Assembly (NCBI GenBank): GCA_038733315.1 | Contig: JAVYPJ010000001.1 | Span: 263,863-327,862 of the forward strand | Source: Candidatus Aenigmatarchaeota archaeon | GTDB taxonomy: Archaea > Aenigmatarchaeota > Aenigmatarchaeia > CG10238-14 > SpSt-28 | Direction of reading: 5' to 3' | DNA length: 64,000 nucleotides | Shown: in pieces, positions 27,417 through 36,018 of the stretch | Numbering within the stretch: position 1 is the stretch's first letter | How the letters are laid out: each line of letters begins with the position of its first letter | The notes under the pieces: generated by a model | The model's database searches: none | Told to the model about the DNA's origin: nothing | What the model saw: only the letters and a program-made list of their open reading frames with translations | Position numbers and translations under genes: made by a program

Positions 27417-30400
27417 ATTAAGCCCGCCGGTGGATGCCTCGGCTCGGGGGCCGAAGAAGGGCGTACCAAGCTGCGATAAGCCCGGGGTAGGCGCAAGGAG
27501 CCTTTGATCCCGGGATCCCCGAATGGGAATCCTGCTAGGGATTTAAGATCCCTAGCACTCGAGCCTTATGCTCGAGGGGGAACGGGGGGAAGTGAAGCAT
27601 CTCAGTACCCCCAGGAAAAGAAATCAAAAGAGATGCCGGGAGTAGGGGCGACCGAAACCGGCAGAGGGCAAACCGAACCCTATGGCGATAAGCTATAGGG
27701 AATGTGGAGTTGTAGGACCCGGGTCTATCCTATCCCTCCTACCCGAAGTCCGCTGGAACGCGGCGCCATAGAGGGTGATAGCCCCGTAGGGGAAAGGAGG
27801 GAGGGATAATGCCGGATATCCTGAGTACCACTGCGTGATTTCGCAGTGGGAAGCTGGGGGGCATTACCCTCCAACTCTAAATACTCCCCGAGTCCGATAG
27901 CGAACTAAGTATTGTGAAAGAAAGGTGAAAAGAACTGCGGGAGCAGTGTGAAAAGAGCCTGAAACCGGCGGGTTATAGTTAGCTATGGCCCGAAAGCATA
28001 CCCTCTCAGAAGAGTTTAAAGACTCGATGAGAGGGTTGCGGGGTCATAGCGTCCGTGTTGAAAAACGGGCCAGGGAGTGTAGGGAAGTGGCGAGCTTAAG
28101 AGAGTTAATCTCGAAGGCGTAGCGAAAGCGATTCCCCGCAGCGCAAAACGCGCGAGGGGGAAGGTCTGAAAGGGCCTTAAGTCACTTCCCTACAACCGGA
28201 AGCCGGGCGATCTAGGCCGGGGCAGGGTGAAGGGAGGCTTAATGCCTCCTGGAGGCCCGAAGGGGTGGTGAAATGCCAATCCCTCCTCTGACCCCGGTCT
28301 AGGGGTGATAAGCCAAACGAGCCCGGTTATAGCCGGTTCCCCCCGAATCAGCCTACAGGCTAGCCTCCCCGGAGCATTCCTGATGTGTAGAGTTACTGAT
28401 TGGATGGTAAGGGCCGAAAGGCTCGGCCATCCAGTCAAACTCCGAAACATCAGGATGCTAAGAAGGGGGGAGTTGGGGCGCTGGGGAAAGCTCGGCGTCC
28501 GAAAGGGAAACAACCCGGCCCCGGGTTAAGGTCCCAAAGTGACCTCTAAGTGCCGAAGGGGTTAACCCCCTTAGACAGCGGGGCTGTGGGCCTAGAAGTA
28601 GCCATCAGCTAAGAAGTGTGTAACAACTTACCCGCCGAGGGGGTTAGCCCTGAAAAAGGAAGGGACTAAGAGGTCCACCGAGACCCGGGACCACCTAGCT
28701 AAGCTAGGTGGTGGTAGGGGGGCGTACCATGGGCGTAGAAGGGGGTAGGTAACTACCTCTGGAGCCCATGGTAATGCAGATCCTGGCAGCAGTAGCAACT
28801 TAGTAGGGTGAGAATCCCTACCCCCTAAGGAGCCAGGGTTTGCCGGCAATGTTCATCAGCCGGCAGTTAGTCGGTCCTAAGGGTAGGGTTAATCTACCTA
28901 CCCGAAAGGGAAGCCGGTTAATATTCCGGCACCGCCCCCATACGTGCGGCAACGCAAGTTCTACTGGTGACGCTTTGGGCTAGGCGGAGGTAACCCAAGC
29001 CTATAAGCCCCCGGAGTCTTGTAATGAGGAGAAGGGGGTGAAATGGCGATGGGCCTAGTGTATGCTAGGTTCCGCTGATGCCTAGAGCCCGTGAAAAGCC
29101 AGTAGAAAAGGATTGGGGGCGACCGTACCGAGAACCGGCACTGGTGCTCTGGCTGAGAAGGCTAAGGGGGTGCGGGATACTCCACCCTAGGGAACTCGGC
29201 AAGTTAGCCTCGTATGTTCGCTAGAAGGGGTGCCTGGGCTCTTGAACTATCGCTTAGCGAAAAGCTAGGTGATAGGTAGGGAGCCCAGGTCGCAGTGACA
29301 TGGGGAGGGCGACTGTTTAATAAAAACATAGGGGACTGCAAGTCCGAAAGGATGTGTACAGTCCCCGAGGCCTGCCCAGCGGGGGTGTGTGAAAGCCGGT
29401 TTCAACCGGCCGAAGCCACCTCCGAGCGGCGGCGGTAACTCTGACCGTCGTAAAGTACCGTAATTTCTTGCCGCTTAATTGGCGGCCAGGGAACGGCCTA
29501 ACGACCCTCCTACTGTCCCAGGGTGGAACCCGGCGAAAATACCTTTCCGGTGAATAGGCCGGAGACCCTCAGCGGGAAGCATAGACCCCGTGGAGCTTTA
29601 CTGCAGCCTGGCGTTGCTTCTTGGACAGGGGTACGTAGAGTAGGTGGGAGCAATGAAAATATGGTTTCGGCCATGTTGGATGCGAAAGTGAAACACCACC
29701 TATCTCTGTCTGAGAAGCTAACTCATACGAGGACAGCGTCAGGTGGGCAGTTTGACTGGGGCGGTCTCCTCCGAAAAGATATCGGAGGAGCCCTAAGGTC
29801 AGCTCAGGCGGGTCAGAAATCCGCCGTAGAGTGCAAGGGCAAAAGCTGGCCTGACTGGGTTCTGACTACAAAGAACCCAGAGGCGAAAGCCGGGCCTAGC
29901 GATACGCTGGTCGCCTGTAATGGGCACCAGTGGTAACGGAAAAGCTACCCCGGGGATAATGGATCCGTGGCCAGCGAGAGTCCATATCGACCTGGCGCGT
30001 TGAAACGTAGCTTTCGGCTCCCCCCCTCCTGGGTGTGCAGAAGCACCCAAGGGTACAGGTGCCCACTGGTTAAAGGGGGACGTTAGCTGGGTTTAGAACG
30101 TGGTGACACAGTTCGGTAGGTATCTGCTGAGGGTGCAGGGGGTCTGACCGGAGCGACCTCCTAGTACGAAAGGAACGGAGGTCGGGAGCCTCTGGTCTAT
30201 CGGTTGTTAATCGCAAGCCGAGCAGCTACGCTCCAGGGGATAAGCCCTGAAAGCATCTAAGGGCGAAGCCCCCCGGTAAAACAGACCCCCATTCGTATCG
30301 CTGGGAGAAATCTCGGCGGTACGACGAAGCCCCTCCTAGACGAGGAGGTTGATGGGGTGGGGGTGTAAGCGTCGAGCTTTCGAGCGAGGCGCGAGCCCGC

Positions 30401-30418
30401 CACTCCCAATAAGGCTAG
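27417..30418 (+). rRNA. rrl: 23S rRNA, archaeal, unlinked from 16S/5S; ends approximate
   Basis: ~3 kb GC-rich block with GGTGGATG..CGGCTCG 5' region, GAAGCATCTCAGTACC, P-loop GACTGGGGCGG, GGGGATAA, GCTGGGTTTAGAACG, SRL TAGTACGAAAGGAAC, CTGAAAGCATCTAAG. Confidence 0.98.
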
Positions 30419-30454
30419 GCCACTAATCCAGCTAAAATCTTGCATCTCCTCTCT
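30419..30454 (+). other. 3' arm of the pre-23S processing stem (bulge-helix-bulge)
   Basis: GCCACTAATCCA-GCTA-AAA(bulge)-TCTTGCATCTCCTCTCT, complementary to 27381-27416. Confidence 0.9.
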
Positions 30455-30459
30455 ATATC

Positions 30460-30476
30460 GAAAAGGTATTTATACT
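30460..30476 (+). promoter_or_regulatory. BRE-TATA promoter of rpoN-rpoK, probably leaderless transcript
   Basis: GAAAAGGTATTTATA ending about 25 nt before ATG 30499; no SD sequence. Confidence 0.55.
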
Positions 30477-30498
30477 TTTTCTTATATAAATTAATGCT

Positions 30499-30690
30499 AT
30501 GATAATTCCAGTTAGATGTTTTACATGTGGAAAGGTTATTGGACATTTATGGGAAGAATATGAAAGAAGAGTTAAGAATGGTGAAGAACCAAAAAAAGTT
30601 TTGGATGAGTTGGGATTAAAAAAATACTGTTGTAGACAAATTCTACTAACTCATAGGGAGCTAATAAAAGAAATAGCAAGATTTAAATAA
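30499..30690 (+). CDS. rpoN: RNA polymerase subunit Rpo10 (N)
   Basis: [12 protein letters not shown]...YCCR. Confidence 0.97.
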   Translation: MIIPVRCFTCGKVIGHLWEEYERRVKNGEEPKKVLDELGLKKYCCRQILLTHRELIKEIARFK

Positions 30691-30938
30691 TGTTCCCAAA
30701 AGATAGACTAACGAGATTTGAAGTAGCGAGAATAATCTCTGCAAGAGCTTTACAAATAGAATTCGGGGCACCTTGTTTTGTAAGTATTACGGGAAATTCC
30801 ATAGAGAAAGCAAAAGAGGAATTTAGAAAAAAACTAATACCTTTAACTGTCAGAAGAAGGTTGCCTAATGGAGAAGTTGTTGAAATAGATTTGGATAAAG
30901 CTATTGATAATTGGTTGAAAGAGCACGGCGACGTTTAA
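30690..30938 (+). CDS. rpoK: RNA polymerase subunit Rpo6 (K)
   Basis: LTRFEVARIISARALQI..GAP...IPLTVRR.LP.G. Confidence 0.95.
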   Translation: MFPKDRLTRFEVARIISARALQIEFGAPCFVSITGNSIEKAKEEFRKKLIPLTVRRRLPNGEVVEIDLDKAIDNWLKEHGDV

Positions 30939-31515
30939 ATATTAGGAATAAAACAAAGATTACTATACAAAGTATTAGTAAAAAAGCGAATAATAAAGGA
31001 GTTTTTTGATTGTTTATTTCTTCGTTTTTTCTCTCTATGTTTTCTTCGCTGTTTTTTAAATTTTCAAAACTTTTTAAAGTCATGTTTTTTAAATCTATCC
31101 TAAATTCTTTAACTTTTCTTTCTTTTGAATAAATTTCTAATATCTTTGAGTTGTTCGGTAAAAAGATTATAGTGTTTTTAACTATTGATGAAACTTCCTC
31201 TATTCTTTTACCTTTTCTTAAATCAAAAACTTCTGTATAGAATTCATCTTCACTATAGTTTATACATTTATTATTTATTATTTTATTATTTTCGTCTAAA
31301 ACAATTATTTTTACTTTTTCACATGTTTCGTTTTCTTCACTTTCTGCAACATTAAAATTCTGATAATCCTTAGAATAAAAATAATATGTCGATAAAGAAA
31401 CTTCATCACTTCTATCTATTGATAAATATAAGTGTAAATATAGCTGAGAAAATGCGGAACTAGAAATTAAGTTAGAGAAAATGATTAAAGCTAATATAAT
31501 TACGATTTTTTTCAT
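30901..31515 (-). CDS. Secreted protein with C-terminal membrane anchor
   Basis: Signal peptide and C-terminal TM followed by KRRR. Beta-rich domain similar in layout to the 31512-32252 protein. Confidence 0.7.
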   Translation of the reverse strand: MKKIVIILALIIFSNLISSSAFSQLYLHLYLSIDRSDEVSLSTYYFYSKDYQNFNVAESEENETCEKVKIIVLDENNKIINNKCINYSEDEFYTEVFDLRKGKRIEEVSSIVKNTIIFLPNNSKILEIYSKERKVKEFRIDLKNMTLKSFENLKNSEENIERKNEEINNQKTPLLFAFLLILCIVIFVLFLIFKRRRALSTNYQ

Positions 31516-32252
31516 AATCTTTTTATATATTTAGCTTTTCTATAAAAGTAAAAAAATAGAAACGCTGACAAAATTATAACAAAAAAAAGTAATAATGGTG
31601 CGATTGGTACGCGAGAAGCCTCTATTATACAATCTGGATCTTCTTCACAATCTTCTTCACAAATACCATCTTTTATATTTAAGCAAATTTTTTGTTTTTC
31701 TTTTTGTTTTTCTTCAATACAGTCCAAATCTATTCCAGGCAAACAATCTGGATCACAAACTCCATCCTTTTCTTTAATACAAACTCCATCCTTTTTATTT
31801 AAAGGACAGTCTGTTGGGCAACTCAGATAACTTTCGTATTCCTCGCAAATTCCATTTAGATTGCATAGTGAAAATTCTGTAGAAAAAATTTCTTTTTCAT
31901 CTTTATAAATTTTTAAATATTTATATTCAACGTGTTTATCATATAGAAATCTTACATGAAAATACGCAGAGTTTGTTGGAGTAGGAGGATCGCTCAAAAT
32001 ATAAAAGATCGCTCGAAATTTAGTTTCATTAATAATTCTTTTATTTTTATCTAATATCTGAAGTTTATAATTTCCTGGAATCTCAATAGCTGTAGGATTT
32101 CCTGGTCTTACTTTTATTTCTTCAATTTTAATACTATCGTTTTTATAAATTTCTAAGGTAATAGATAAGACAGATTGAGAAAAAGATACGTAGAATAAGA
32201 ATGATAATATAGAAAATAATAATAAAATGGTTTTCATAATAATAGTTAACAT
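31512..32252 (-). CDS. Membrane-anchored surface protein with Cys/Asp-rich repeats
   Basis: Signal peptide; CNLNGICE..ESYLSCPTDC, DGVCDPDC, DGICEEDCEEDPDC; C-terminal TM. Confidence 0.75.
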   Translation of the reverse strand: MLTIIMKTILLLFSILSFLFYVSFSQSVLSITLEIYKNDSIKIEEIKVRPGNPTAIEIPGNYKLQILDKNKRIINETKFRAIFYILSDPPTPTNSAYFHVRFLYDKHVEYKYLKIYKDEKEIFSTEFSLCNLNGICEEYESYLSCPTDCPLNKKDGVCIKEKDGVCDPDCLPGIDLDCIEEKQKEKQKICLNIKDGICEEDCEEDPDCIIEASRVPIAPLLLFFVIILSAFLFFYFYRKAKYIKRL

Positions 32253-33640
32253 TTAAGAATAGAAAGTGAAGATAAATATCTCCAACTTTCTTCGGCAAAA
32301 GCTCTTGGCCCTGGTGCATTTGCAAAACTCATTATATCTCTTCCTCCAAATTTATTTTTATTTCCAAGACAAGTTATAGTATACTCGGTTGGACATTTTG
32401 TACCTTTTTCGCTACAATATTCTCTTGTATAAGGCCCAAAAGGATCATCTCCACCAAGATATGATTTTAAACAGTTAGAATTTGGATTTACTAAACCAGA
32501 ACCACATCTACATGCATCTATATATTCATCGTTTAGTCCGAGTTCATGACCAAGTTCATGAGTGGTTATTTCTCTAGAAAGTGCTGATGCAACAACTACT
32601 TTCATCGACATAGAATAACCACCAGCTCCACAAATTGAACCTTCTACTAAACCAACAACATAGTCATATGTTTCTCCTGTACTATCTGCACACCTTTTGA
32701 TTTCCATCAAATTATTCCTTAGACCTCTATTATCACATTCTATTTTAAATCTACAATTTTTTTCAACTATTATAGACTTAACCTTTTCTGGGCAAGCGGA
32801 TAATGGAATATTTCTAACAAAAAAATCAAATTGTTCCTCAGCAGCTCTTCTAAAACTTTGCATATCTCTATTCCAATTTACAGGTATAAACAGAATTCTC
32901 AATCTTGATTTTTCCTCTATGCAATCAATTCCGTTCCAATATTTTCCACTTTCACAGCATGCTCTACTGTATTCTTTAAAATTAGAAGCAACTGGATTAC
33001 ATTTTAAATTACCAGAGCACTGATTATCACAAAAACATTCTTCTCCTTTTTTAAGATTTTTTCTTGCTGTATAACCTTTTTCATTGGAGCTAGGATCCAT
33101 TGGGCAACAAACTTTTTCGTTGTTTTTTTCTGCACAATCTGCAGAGTTTTCGCAATTTTCCCCGATATAGGTATTGCAAATACCATCATTAATGCATGCT
33201 ATGTTCGGACCTTTACAATCTTCTGAATTTAATCTACACTCCCTTATTTCACAAATTCCATCATTTATTGGCATAGCGTCTCTACAGTTAAATATTTTTA
33301 TAATATTTCGATCTTTAAAAATACAATATCTAGAGGCTTTATTTATTTCTACATTCTCAACCTTAGAATGTAAAAGAAAAGAGTATGTTTTGTCATCTAC
33401 TTTAATTTTTAGTGTGTTATTCTCAATTTTTAAATCACTTTGATCTATAAAATATTCTAGATAAAAGTAATCTGATGAAATTTTTGAAACAGTTTCTATA
33501 ATATCTACAAAATTTTTAATTCTAGATTCTATAATTTTTTCTTTAACATCTCTAGAAATGGCAAATAACATATTTTGAAATGATAAAAACATCGTTATGC
33601 CTATAAGTGCTAATATTATGATTAAGGATAACGTATTCAT
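32246..33640 (-). CDS. Pilin-like N-terminus + Cys-rich linker + zinc metallopeptidase (M64-like)
   Basis: N-terminal hydrophobic helix, DGIC repeats, HELGHELGLNDEY zinc motif, downstream IM Met-turn candidate. Confidence 0.75.
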   Translation of the reverse strand: MNTLSLIIILALIGITMFLSFQNMLFAISRDVKEKIIESRIKNFVDIIETVSKISSDYFYLEYFIDQSDLKIENNTLKIKVDDKTYSFLLHSKVENVEINKASRYCIFKDRNIIKIFNCRDAMPINDGICEIRECRLNSEDCKGPNIACINDGICNTYIGENCENSADCAEKNNEKVCCPMDPSSNEKGYTARKNLKKGEECFCDNQCSGNLKCNPVASNFKEYSRACCESGKYWNGIDCIEEKSRLRILFIPVNWNRDMQSFRRAAEEQFDFFVRNIPLSACPEKVKSIIVEKNCRFKIECDNRGLRNNLMEIKRCADSTGETYDYVVGLVEGSICGAGGYSMSMKVVVASALSREITTHELGHELGLNDEYIDACRCGSGLVNPNSNCLKSYLGGDDPFGPYTREYCSEKGTKCPTEYTITCLGNKNKFGGRDIMSFANAPGPRAFAEESWRYLSSLSILKC

Positions 33641-34173
33641 ACAACTCTTAACACTAAAACACCAACTTCTCCATCTGGAATAGGTATTGGTAGTACATAG
33701 CTTCTTATTTTTGAAACTTCCTTAACTAGTTTTTCTTTGTTTCCATATATATAGCAATTATCTGCGTTTAAATTCTTTGTATTATTGCAAATAATTAGTT
33801 GCCATCTTTCTTTTCCTATGGTTTCGTCAAAAATTGGGTTTATGAGATCAGATGCTTTATAAGATCCTAGAGCAATTCCATAATATGCAATTTCTCCTAA
33901 TTCCTGCTCTTTTCCTTCTATACCTTTTCTATATTTTTTCAAATAAGATAAAGCATCTATAGCAATTTGTAGGGTAGTTTTTTCTATTACGTCTGGTTTT
34001 GAAATATATAAATTCGCTAGACTCTTTAATACTAAATCATCAAAAGTTGCAGATCTAAACATTTCTTGAGTTTTTTCAGAAATAATAGAGGAATAATAAA
34101 TAGAGAGAAATATAACTATAGACGTTATAATAGCAACTATACCTATCCACAAGATTTCGGATTGTAAAATCAT
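33637..34173 (-). CDS. Single-pass pilin-like protein
   Basis: N-terminal hydrophobic helix; in the pilus-like locus. Confidence 0.55.
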   Translation of the reverse strand: MILQSEILWIGIVAIITSIVIFLSIYYSSIISEKTQEMFRSATFDDLVLKSLANLYISKPDVIEKTTLQIAIDALSYLKKYRKGIEGKEQELGEIAYYGIALGSYKASDLINPIFDETIGKERWQLIICNNTKNLNADNCYIYGNKEKLVKEVSKIRSYVLPIPIPDGEVGVLVLRVV

Positions 34174-34207
34174 AAAATATTTTTATTCTTGAACGAATTT
34201 TATTATT

Positions 34208-36010
34208 ATGTTATCGCATTCATCGCATTTTCTTTCGATAATTTCAGTAACGATAGCTCTCGTTGCAATTTCTTTGATTTTATTTTATAACGAATATTTT
34301 AAGTCTAAATATTTAGAGGAAAAGGAAAAATTAAATTTAAAGATGGAGGCATATCAAATTGCGAAAAAACTAATAAATTGTTTGGGTGAGGAAAAGGAAG
34401 GGATATTCTATATTGATAAAAATAAGCTCGATGATTTTTCTCAGAAATATGCTGAAATAGAACCTAGGTGCGCTATTGCTGATAGTTTTGATTATAATAT
34501 GAAAATAATACAATTTGAGAAGGAAATAAGAAATTATCCAATTCAATTTAGTGGGGGATGTGGATGGGCTTGGGTAATAAATAGTGGGGGAGGTGAAATG
34601 CATAGTTCTGTTTCTTTAGTAACTTCAGACGGAAGAGAATTAAGAAGACACTATACATCTCCAGATATTAATGGAAATCCTTCTAGAACAGCTGTTGATA
34701 AATCTGGAAACATATGGGTCGGAAATAGGAAGAATAATATTTTGGTGAAGATAGCATTTGATAAAAATCTTTGTAAAAAAAACGAAGGGAGAATTCCAGA
34801 AGACACTAATAGGGACGATAGAATTGACGAGAATGAAATGGTTTCATTTAATGATGATGGATGTATATTAGCAAAAATTGAATTGGAAGATTGTTACAAA
34901 GGAGGAGTTGGAATAAGAGCAGTTTGTATAGATAGCAACGAAAGTGTATATGCGGGTTGTTGGGATAGTAAAAAAATGTATAAAATATCTAAGGAGGGAA
35001 AAATTGAGAAAAGTTGGACGCTTCCTAATAGTCCGTATGGGTGTGTAGTTGGAAATGATGAAAAAATATATATTACTACGATTGATTCAGGAAAGATTTT
35101 GATATTAGATCCGGAAAGCGGGAATGTAGAAAGTATAGATGTTGGAAGGTGTACTTATGGCATTTGGAGATGTTATAATAGGGATTGTATTGTTTTTTCT
35201 ACATGGGTGAATAGTGGGGTAATATTATTTAATACTACTTCGAAAAAAGTAGTTTGGGAAAAGAATTGTGGCAGTTCTACTCGTGGAGTTTTTGTTGATA
35301 ACGAAAATAATGTTTACGTTGTTTCTAGCGGCGATAGCGTTGTATGTAAGTTTGATTTTAATGGTAATCCAATTAAAAAAAATATACGAACGTGTTCAGA
35401 GCCAACGGGAATATCGATGGATTCTTGTGGAAACATTTGGATAGAATGTCGTGGAAGTGGGGTAGATATATTTGATAAGGATCTTAATAAAATTAGCAAT
35501 TTTATAATTCCAGGTGAACATTATACGTATTCTGATTTTACAGGATTTTTATCCGATATTAGGATTGAATTGTCAGATATAGAAGAAAGAACTATTAAAA
35601 TTGAAAGAAAAGAATGGAACTTTGGTTTAAAAAACTTGGAAGCGATTGGTAGTAAAACGTCTATTGGTCCAAAAATCTCTTACGAAACATCGATATCAAT
35701 ACCTGTAGTAATAAAATATAGTGAAACTTTTATGACCGACGGTTTATTAGTTATGAATATATATAAAGGCTTTTTAGAAAGCTTTTATAGTTTTATAGAT
35801 TCTGTTTGCAACATGGAATTAAGTGAAGAATTTGAAATTTCAAAGGTTTTCTATTTTGATTACGATGTTAAAGTTTATAATGATAAAATATGCAGCGAAA
35901 ACGTTTGCAAAAAATTAGTTTGTAGTTATGAGATTGCGGAGAAGGAGTTTAAAAAAGGAGAGAATATAGTCACAATAAAACTTCGTAATAATAAAATAGA
36001 GTTTATATAA
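34208..36010 (+). CDS. Pilin-like protein with internal beta-propeller (NHL/Vgb-like)
   Basis: N-terminal TM; blades PSRTAVDKSGNIWV, RAVCIDSNESVY, PYGCVV...IYI, RGVFVDNENNVYV, PTGISMDSCGNIW, ending YTYSDFTG. Confidence 0.7.
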   Translation: MLSHSSHFLSIISVTIALVAISLILFYNEYFKSKYLEEKEKLNLKMEAYQIAKKLINCLGEEKEGIFYIDKNKLDDFSQKYAEIEPRCAIADSFDYNMKIIQFEKEIRNYPIQFSGGCGWAWVINSGGGEMHSSVSLVTSDGRELRRHYTSPDINGNPSRTAVDKSGNIWVGNRKNNILVKIAFDKNLCKKNEGRIPEDTNRDDRIDENEMVSFNDDGCILAKIELEDCYKGGVGIRAVCIDSNESVYAGCWDSKKMYKISKEGKIEKSWTLPNSPYGCVVGNDEKIYITTIDSGKILILDPESGNVESIDVGRCTYGIWRCYNRDCIVFSTWVNSGVILFNTTSKKVVWEKNCGSSTRGVFVDNENNVYVVSSGDSVVCKFDFNGNPIKKNIRTCSEPTGISMDSCGNIWIECRGSGVDIFDKDLNKISNFIIPGEHYTYSDFTGFLSDIRIELSDIEERTIKIERKEWNFGLKNLEAIGSKTSIGPKISYETSISIPVVIKYSETFMTDGLLVMNIYKGFLESFYSFIDSVCNMELSEEFEISKVFYFDYDVKVYNDKICSENVCKKLVCSYEIAEKEFKKGENIVTIKLRNNKIEFI

Positions 36011-36018
36011 TTTTATAT

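Noticed and set aside
27417..30418. 23S as a pseudogene, or containing an intron or homing endonuclease
   Set aside because: Normal length, intact helices, compensatory changes, an intact BHB stem and no AT-rich insertion.
27504..30445. Several ORFs of 62-137 aa on both strands
   Set aside because: All lie inside the 23S rRNA and arise from its high GC content.
30454..30499. 5S rRNA downstream of the 23S
   Set aside because: Only about 45 AT-rich nt, containing a promoter, precede rpoN.
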